This document shows positions 54,084-64,000 of a stretch of DNA of 64,000 bases, in pieces (position 1 is the stretch's first letter; each line of letters starts with the position of its first letter). This DNA is from Salpingoeca rosetta (taxonomy: Eukaryota; Protista; Choanoflagellata): contig JAWQFM010000016.1 in assembly GCA_033442325.1 (NCBI GenBank), positions 409,543-473,542 of the forward strand. The letters are read 5' to 3'. Below the pieces are notes generated by a model. That model saw only the letters and a list, made by a program, of their open reading frames with translations, was not told where the DNA came from and made no database searches. The position numbers and the translations under genes are program-made.

Positions 54084-54358
54084 GTGTGATGTGTAGGTGT
54101 GTGTGTGTGTTTGAGAAGAGGGAACGCAAGTTCAGCCATGTTTCGTGTTTCACAGTCGCTTTCTTTTCAGCTTGCTTTCATTGCTTTGGGTCTCTTTGAT
54201 GCTTGTGTTTGGTGCGGGAAGTACATGGTTGAGAAAGGAAGAAAGGCGTGTGTGCGCATGAGTCGTGTGATGCTTGTTGCTTGCGAGCAAGTGCTTGTGG
54301 GTTTGTCGCCTTTGGGTAGCATTTGAAATGAAGTTTTTTCACGTTGTACATTACAACA

Positions 54359-54441
54359 GATCAGGTGGCCGAGTTGGTCTAAGGCGTGCGGTTAAGGCCC
54401 GCATCTCTTCGGAGGCGCGAGTTCGAATCTCGTCCTGATCA
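54359..54441 (+). tRNA. tRNA-Leu(AAG): tRNA-Leu(AAG), 83 nt, type II with variable arm
   Basis: Acceptor stem GATCAGG/CCTGATC plus discriminator A; D arm TGGCCGAGTTGGTCTAAGGC; anticodon stem TGCGG/CCGCA with loop TTAAGGC; variable arm CTC-TTCG-GAG; T loop TTCGAAT. Confidence 0.97.
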
Positions 54442-54449
54442 AACCCTAA

Positions 54450-54456
54450 TTTTTTT
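54450..54456 (+). terminator. Pol III oligo-T terminator of tRNA-Leu
   Basis: T7 run 9 nt after the tRNA 3' end. Confidence 0.8.
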
Positions 54457-54547
54457 CGTTTTGTTTTGTTATTGGCGGTTGCGTGTCCGACAAAACAACA
54501 CAGCATCCACACATCAACAACGCTGCTGCTGCATCGGCCGACGGACT

Positions 54548-55818
54548 ATGGCTGGTCGCATGAGTTCTCGCGTGTGGTACGCCAGTTATGGCTCCAACAT
54601 GTGCCGTGATCGCCTCCTGTGCTACATCCAAGGCGGAAAGCTCCCCACCATGTCTCCCGAAGCGTGAGTGAGAGAGTGTGAGTGTGAGTGAGAGAGTGCG
54701 TGCGAGTGTGTGAGTGTGTGTGCGTGCAAGTGTGAGAGAGTGCGTGCGAGTGTGTGAGTGTGTGTGCGTGCAAGTGTGTGAGTGTGAGTGTGAGTGTGAG
54801 TGAGTGAGTGAGTGAGTGTGTGAGTGTGAGTGTGAGTGTGAGTGTGAGTGAGTGAGTTGTGAGTGAACGAGAGTGATGTTCGTGCTCTTACACACACACA
54901 CACACACACACGAACACACACGCACACGAACACACACACACCTGCCCCCAACCATACTCACCGCCCCTTCTACATACACATTGATGCAGGCCACCATATC
55001 CAGGGTGTCGAGACACGACACACCCTGCATCGACGGCAATGTACTCCATCCCTTATCGGCTCTACTTTGCCCGTAACTCAAAGACCTGGCACCGCGGTGG
55101 CATCTGCTTTGTGGATCATCGCGAAGAGCTCGAGGAAGGGCACGCCCACCACACCCTCTCTCGCGTCTACGACATTACCCTTGACCAGTTCAACGACATT
55201 GTACGTCCGTGGATGATTTTTGCTTGCTGATGGTTGATGGCTGAGGGCGTGCCAGCATGTAGCCAGTGTGCTCTGTGCTCCTGTGTACTCTCACACCTCT
55301 CTGATGACGCTTGCTGGCCAGGTGATGCAAGAGAATGCGTTTCGACGGGACATGGAGCTGACCCATGAGCACTACGAAGCATTCTGCTCCAGAGGATTTG
55401 GCCACTCGCACACATTCCCCGTTCCATCATGGTGGGGATGGTGTGCAGACGCGCGTTGTTGTTGCATGCTTGACCCGTGCTGCTGCTTTCCTCCCTTCTT
55501 GCTTGCATTGCGCATCGTCTGTCACCATACCTCGAACGCAGCAGCAATTCGCTCACAGTCATCCCACTACTGTCCCCCCTCCCTCTCACACACACAACGA
55601 TGGCCATGATGGCTACGCTCCTGTGTCCCAGGTACAACACAGTGGTGTGTGTTGGGCAGTTGGAAGGGCGACCAGTGTTGACGTTCACGTGCAGCGAAGA
55701 CCAGCATGATCAGCCCCGCATCCCTGCCGCTGCCAGCTACCTGGGCATTCTTCTGCAAGGCCTCCAAGAAGCAGACTTGCACCTCGACGATGCTGTTGCG
55801 TGAGTTGCCTGTTAAATA

Positions 55819-55858
<40 letters not shown>

Positions 55859-55996
55859 TGTGTGTGTATGTGTGTGTGTGTGTAAGTCGTGGTGTTATTG
55901 AACGTGGGCACCATTTTGTGTGGAACCCCATTGTGCGGTCATACGTGCTTACATCGTCGTTGTTGCTCTTCTCTCTCTCTCTCACACACGCACTCA

Positions 55997-56081
<85 letters not shown>

Positions 56082-56255
56082 TTTTTGGTTTGTCCATTCA
56101 GGTACCTGGCTGCGCGGTTTCCACACGCCAACGCGCACACCATCATCCGTTCTGCCGCGTCTGCACTTGAGGAGGGTGGCAAGAACGCCGACAAAGGTGA
56201 CAAGGACAGCAGCCAATGCGGCACACATGCGGAGGAAGACAAGCAGGAGAAGTAG
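54548..56255 (+). CDS. GGCT/AIG2-like fold protein resembling the C-terminal domain of plant HDA5 and related stand-alone bacterial proteins
   Basis: Five exons (54548-54663, 54990-55200, ~55322-55440, ~55632-55799, 56102-56255) give VWYASYGSNM..DRLLCYIQGG, GCRD..P, IPYRLYFA..S.TW.GGICFVD, VYDITLDQFNDIVMQEN, GWYNTVVCVGQLEGRPVLTFT and YLGILLQGLQE. YGSN is the GGCT-like signature. Confidence 0.82.
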
Positions 56256-56733
56256 GGCAATACTGTTATACGACCCAAAGCAGCCACTTGAGACAAGTGG
56301 CGACTAATGAACCAGCGCCCAGCGCAAACCGTACACGCGATCTGATATGGGGACCCTGCCCAACACCCCCCTCCCCTCACCCTCAATGGTTTCTTGCAAT
56401 GCAATAACGCCACTTGGTAGCGAGGTTGCTTTGTGTCTTGAGCGTGAAAGCGCGCGTGCGTATGAGAGGGGTAACATCGTGAGTTGAGAATGGGTTGTGT
56501 TGCGGTGTCTGTCTTATTTGAATCGAACGGAAATACAACCACTGGAACATCAAGCCACAAGACAGAAGAGAAAGCAGGTGATGCCAGACCCGCAACACAA
56601 AGAGCGACAGCAGCGATTTGGGGGCATTGCGTGGGAGCAGGGGTACTCCTTGCAGAATTGGCGCAAGGCAAAACGAAACAAAACAACAAAAAGCAAAGGG
56701 ATGAAGCTGGCCAGAGGAGAAGCGCGCGTTGTA

Positions 56734-56910
56734 AACACACGCGCACAGACACAGACACAGACACACACACGCGCACAAACAGACGCACACAGACACAGAC
56801 ACACACACACATACACAAGCACACACACGCGCACAAACAGACGCACACACACCAACACACCAACACACGCACACAGACAGACAGACAGACAGACACACCA
56901 ACACACGCAC

Positions 56911-56945
<35 letters not shown>

Positions 56946-56992
56946 CACCAACACACGCACACAAACAGACAGACAGACACAGACATAGACAT

Positions 56993-57049
<57 letters not shown>
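56734..57049. repeat. Compound (CA)n/(CAGA)n microsatellite between convergent genes
   Basis: Visible tandem acac/agac runs. Confidence 0.9.
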
Positions 57050-57050
<1 letters not shown>

Positions 57051-57237
57051 GTTTCACCGCTTCTAGTGAGGTCATATCAAACCACCGCCACAAATACAAT
57101 CATAACAATCACCACCACAGCCACCTACAACCACTACAACAACAACAACACCACTGCGCAGCGACAAAGTATGCGCGAACGACAACTGAGTTTCTGCATG
57201 CACAACACGCGTGCACGCGTGGCGTGACGGCTGCCGC

Positions 57238-58640
57238 CTACTGAGGAATGAGGTCGAGAAGACGAGCAGAGCGACGTGTCACGCCACCAGAGAAGGCGAG
57301 GTTATCACGCGGACGGTGCTGGCTCCGCGCATGCATGCTGGGGGGCGGTGTCCATGCCACCTTGCGTTGGGGCTGCACGCGCTGCTGTGACTCAACACGG
57401 ACGCGCGGACCGCTCTTCCTTGCTGCACTCCGGCGCACGTGGCCTTCCTGATCAAACTTGTCTTCATCGCCACTTCCATCGCCTTCCTCCACACGACGGC
57501 CCTGTTGGTGCTGGTGCTGGTGCTGATGGGTGGTGTGGTGGGCGAGCGCAGCCCTGTGGAAAGCCTCGGCCCGCGTGTCCACGGGCGTTGTGCGCGCTGT
57601 TGGCGACACGACGGCACCGGAGAAGCGCAGCGCATCAGCAGGCCTGGTGCTGGTGCTGCTGTGGGGGCGGCGGCTGCCGTACGACGACCACGTGGATGCA
57701 GTTGGGGTTGGCGATGGGGAGGAGGTTGAGGCTGGCGTTGCGGACGATGGGGTGGTTGAGGCAGAGCCAAGGGGAGCGCGGCCATCCTTCGCCGGGTGAT
57801 CGACCTCAAGCAGGGGCTCATCCGCGTAGATGTGGTGCCCGTGGAAGGAGAGAACACGCGAGCGCGATGGCGACGACAGCGTGGAGCACCGGGAGGACGA
57901 CGCGCCGCTGTCAAACACATCCGCGCGCGCATCACCACCGCCGTTGCCGGGTGTCGGGGCGGCAGGCGTTGGGTTGCGCGGAGCGAGGGACCATGTGTCC
58001 TGCGGGCGATGGGAGCGCTGGGAAAGGGGGCGTGACGTCTGTTCGAATGCATCCTCACGTGGGCGGAACCCACTTGCTTCGAGGTGGTCCTTCTCGTGGA
58101 ACATGCGGCGGGAGGGTCGGTGGGGCGGCGCGCGGGCAATGACGGCGCTTGTCTCCAGGTTGTCGCGCGGTCGGTGTGCGCTGGGCGGGCGCACGTGCTC
58201 GTATGCGCGCGAAACGGCGCCGCTGTGACGCAGCCACGATGGCGGGTGGTTGTCGTGGCGGCGGTTGGGTGTGGGCGGAGCATCGTGTGCGCTGCGACCG
58301 GGGTTGGGCAGCGGGCAGCCTGGTCGGTTGGTTGGGAGGGGGGAAGGGGGGGGGCAGCGGGTAAGGTTGCCAACAAACGATTACGTGTATGTTGTGTGCG
58401 TGTGCATGTGTGTGTGTGTGTGTGTGTGAGTGTGTATGAGAGAGAGAGAGAGATAGCGCGCGCGCGGGCGTGTGTGTATGTGTGTGACGAATGCGAGGGA
58501 TGCGGATGCGAGTGCACGCCAATTTGAAACGCGCGCACAAACTGTACCAAATCATGACACACACACACACATACTTCACACACACACATACTTCACACAC
58601 ACATACTTCACACACACACGCACCCACACCCACCAACACC

Positions 58641-58681
<41 letters not shown>

Positions 58682-59552
58682 GCACGCATGCACACGCACT
58701 TGCTGTGAAGCTGTTGGGTGGCCGGAACTGGTAGCGGTCATTGCGGGAGCGTCGTGTGCGCTCCTCCACCTCGTTGGGCACGTCATCATGCACGGCCCCA
58801 CCAATGAGGTGGTCGCTTGCAGACAGGGGCCGGCGGCGTGGGCTCTGTCTTTCTTCTGCGCTGTCCGAGATCACGCCACCTTGCGACAGGCTGTTGTGCG
58901 GTGTGATGCGCCGCTTTGTCTGCCGATGCGGCGTTTTGCTTGGGCTGCGGTCCACAGGCACCAGGAACACGGGCTCCTCATCGCCATATCCACCCTCGCC
59001 AAAGCTGAAAGTGCTTGTGAAACTGCTGTTGCTGTTGCTGCTGCCGCTGAGTGGAGGCCGCCGGTGTTGGTGCTGGCGTGGGCTGCCGGCCCTCACCACA
59101 TCTTGGGAAAGGTGTCGCGTGTCCGTTTTGGTGCTGGGCACCGATGAGCGGGGCATATCAGCGCCGGCGACACGGGCAAATGTCCGCGTATCCTCTGGAT
59201 GCACCCACTGCGTGGCACTGAGATCGTGCGGGCGCTCCTCTTGGTGCGCGTGCGCATAACCATCGTCGCTCGTGCGCATGAGAGGGGCGTAGGTTGCGGC
59301 GTAGTCACGGCGGCGATCGTCGTCTCCATTGTCGTTGCTGATCCTCAGCGTCCGCATGAACCGCCGCTCGTTGTTGTCGTCGTCGTCATCAAGAAACCGA
59401 GTTGCCTCTGCTGGTTCTTGTTGTTCATAATCGACGTGGCGCCAATCGCCACGGTATGGCTGGTGCTGGTGCCTGGCGTCGTTTTGCTCACGCCCGGCCA
59501 CCACCTGCCCTTCGTAGGCGGCGCGGCCATACATCTGCCCGCTGCTGTCCAT
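57238..59552 (-). CDS. Hypothetical disordered protein (~644 aa) with spaced HRPxDNL-like repeats
   Basis: Exons 59552-58700 and 58319-57238 are joined by a phase-1 GT-AG intron (1,935 nt, in frame). R/S/P/H-rich, with no recognised domain. Confidence 0.65.
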
Positions 59553-59835
59553 GGCCGATCAAGTCCGTCGAGAAGGTCGTTTTGATGTGTGTGAGATGTG
59601 CGGGAAGAGAACAAGTGTGGTTGGTTGGTTCAGGTTGGTTGGCTTCTTCTTGCAGCGTGGTGGGTGGTGTTCAGTGTGCGCGCTTTTTTGTTGCCTGCTT
59701 TCTTCTGCGTTGTTGTTGTTGGTTGTTGTCCCACCTTGCACAGAAAACTGACACCGCGCCTTGCAATTTGCAACGCGTGCAACGTGGCCTCGCTAGGTAA
59801 GCCGTGGCAATAACGTTAAAACTCCTTTTTTCAAT

Positions 59836-60088
59836 AGCCGGATGGCCCGGGGTCTAAGTTGGAGGTGACTTTAGCGTGTCACTAGGATCAGTGTCCGACT
59901 TAGTGTCGGCTGGTGCCTAGTGCCCTGATATGAGGTCTCTAAGTTAACTATGGCAAAGATGTCTCTGTTTGTTAGTCGAAGTTCATCACCTAACTGACCT
60001 ATTTACGCAGCGGATGTATCCGCGTAAACCTCAGAAATCACTGTTGGTGCAATCGTCGTGTGTTCTACGCCAATTACCTAGTAGAGCC
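59836..60088 (+). ncRNA. Candidate structured non-coding RNA of unknown family
   Basis: No ORF and no microsatellite; TA/CTAG-rich compared with the surroundings. At least five helices, with G-U pairs favouring the + strand (see finding). Boundaries are approximate. Confidence 0.45.
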
Positions 60089-60093
60089 AAAAA
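60089..60093 (-). terminator. Pol III oligo-T terminator of the second tRNA-Leu
   Basis: Plus-strand aaaaa is T5 on the minus strand, 10 nt past the tRNA 3' end. Confidence 0.75.
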
Positions 60094-60102
60094 GTGAAGG
60101 TT

Positions 60103-60185
60103 TGATCAGGACGAGATTCGAACTCGCGCCTCCGAAGAGATGCGGGCCTTAACCGCACGCCTTAGACCAACTCGGCCACCTGATC
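60103..60185 (-). tRNA. tRNA-Leu(AAG): tRNA-Leu(AAG), identical inverted copy of 54359-54441
   Basis: Exact reverse complement of the first tRNA. Confidence 0.97.
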
Positions 60186-60396
60186 AGCTGTTGTGAGTGT
60201 AACAGCAAGGTGTGTATTTCAAAGCGTACAGAGTAGGTTGGTTTTGGTTTTTTTGCATGTCATCAAGGAGACGAAAGCAACAACACTGCTTACTTTGCTT
60301 GCTTCACATCACTTCTTGCTGTGTTGCTGTGTGCTTCCATCCATCCATCCATCCATCAAACCAACCTACCCATCAGTCTTCGTGCACCCTCCCGAC

Positions 60397-63583
<3,187 letters not shown>

Positions 63584-63934
63584 CCACTGTGGTCACTGCA
63601 TGTGGTGTTGATCGTGTGTGTGTGGATGTGCGTGTGTGTGGATGTGTGGATGTGTGGATGTGTGTGTGTCTGTGTGCGGTGTGTAACGTGTGTGTGTGTG
63701 TGTCTGTGGCTGGACGGTCACCCAACTGCGGGCGCTTCCTTGCGTGCACCTTTTTCTTTCCTTTTGTGCGTTTGTTACTCTTGCAATTAAACGAAGAATA
63801 GACTCGCGTAAACCAGAAGAAAAGGGGGCCAAGGAGGGGGGGGGAGGAGATGTTGCAATAAATCTGTACCAAACGCAATGGCGAATATGGTGCAGGGGAC
63901 CAAACACACACACACACACACAACACACACACAC

Positions 63935-64000
<66 letters not shown>

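Noticed and set aside
59986-59999. Telomerase RNA template (CCTAAC)
   Set aside because: Only one repeat-length complement of TTAGGG; templates normally hold about 1.5 repeats.
59925-60040. Hammerhead ribozyme (CTGATATGAG...GAAA)
   Set aside because: The core should be CUGANGA directly before stem II. The spacing is wrong here and I could not build convincing stems I and III.

Overview
Eukaryotic genomic DNA with spliceosomal GT-AG introns full of (GT)n/(CA)n microsatellites. The style points to a choanoflagellate such as Salpingoeca rosetta (inference from composition and gene content, not a database match). I hand-spliced nine protein genes: the 3' end of a TMEM234-like gene; a ~3,185-aa mucin/SEA-like/TNFR-like type I membrane protein; FANCI; a ~5,584-aa secreted protein of Ig-like repeats; Gemin2; a ~2,746-aa P-loop GTPase; a GGCT-fold protein resembling the plant HDA5 C-terminal domain; a disordered HRPxDNL-repeat protein; and a PhyH-family dioxygenase interrupted by an assembly gap. 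Two identical, inverted tRNA-Leu(AAG) genes are also present. The strongest candidates for new biology are: (1) a compositionally atypical, heavily base-paired ~250-nt non-coding segment with two possible pseudoknots next to the second tRNA; (2) an Ig-repeat array that starts with the second half of a domain and ends with the complementary first half, suggesting head-to-tail polymerisation; (3) introns with GT repeats at the 5' end and CA repeats at the 3' end that could bridge splice sites; and (4) a dystroglycan-like mucin receptor with repeated PxYxxPPxY motifs. Exon boundaries were read by eye and need RNA-seq confirmation.
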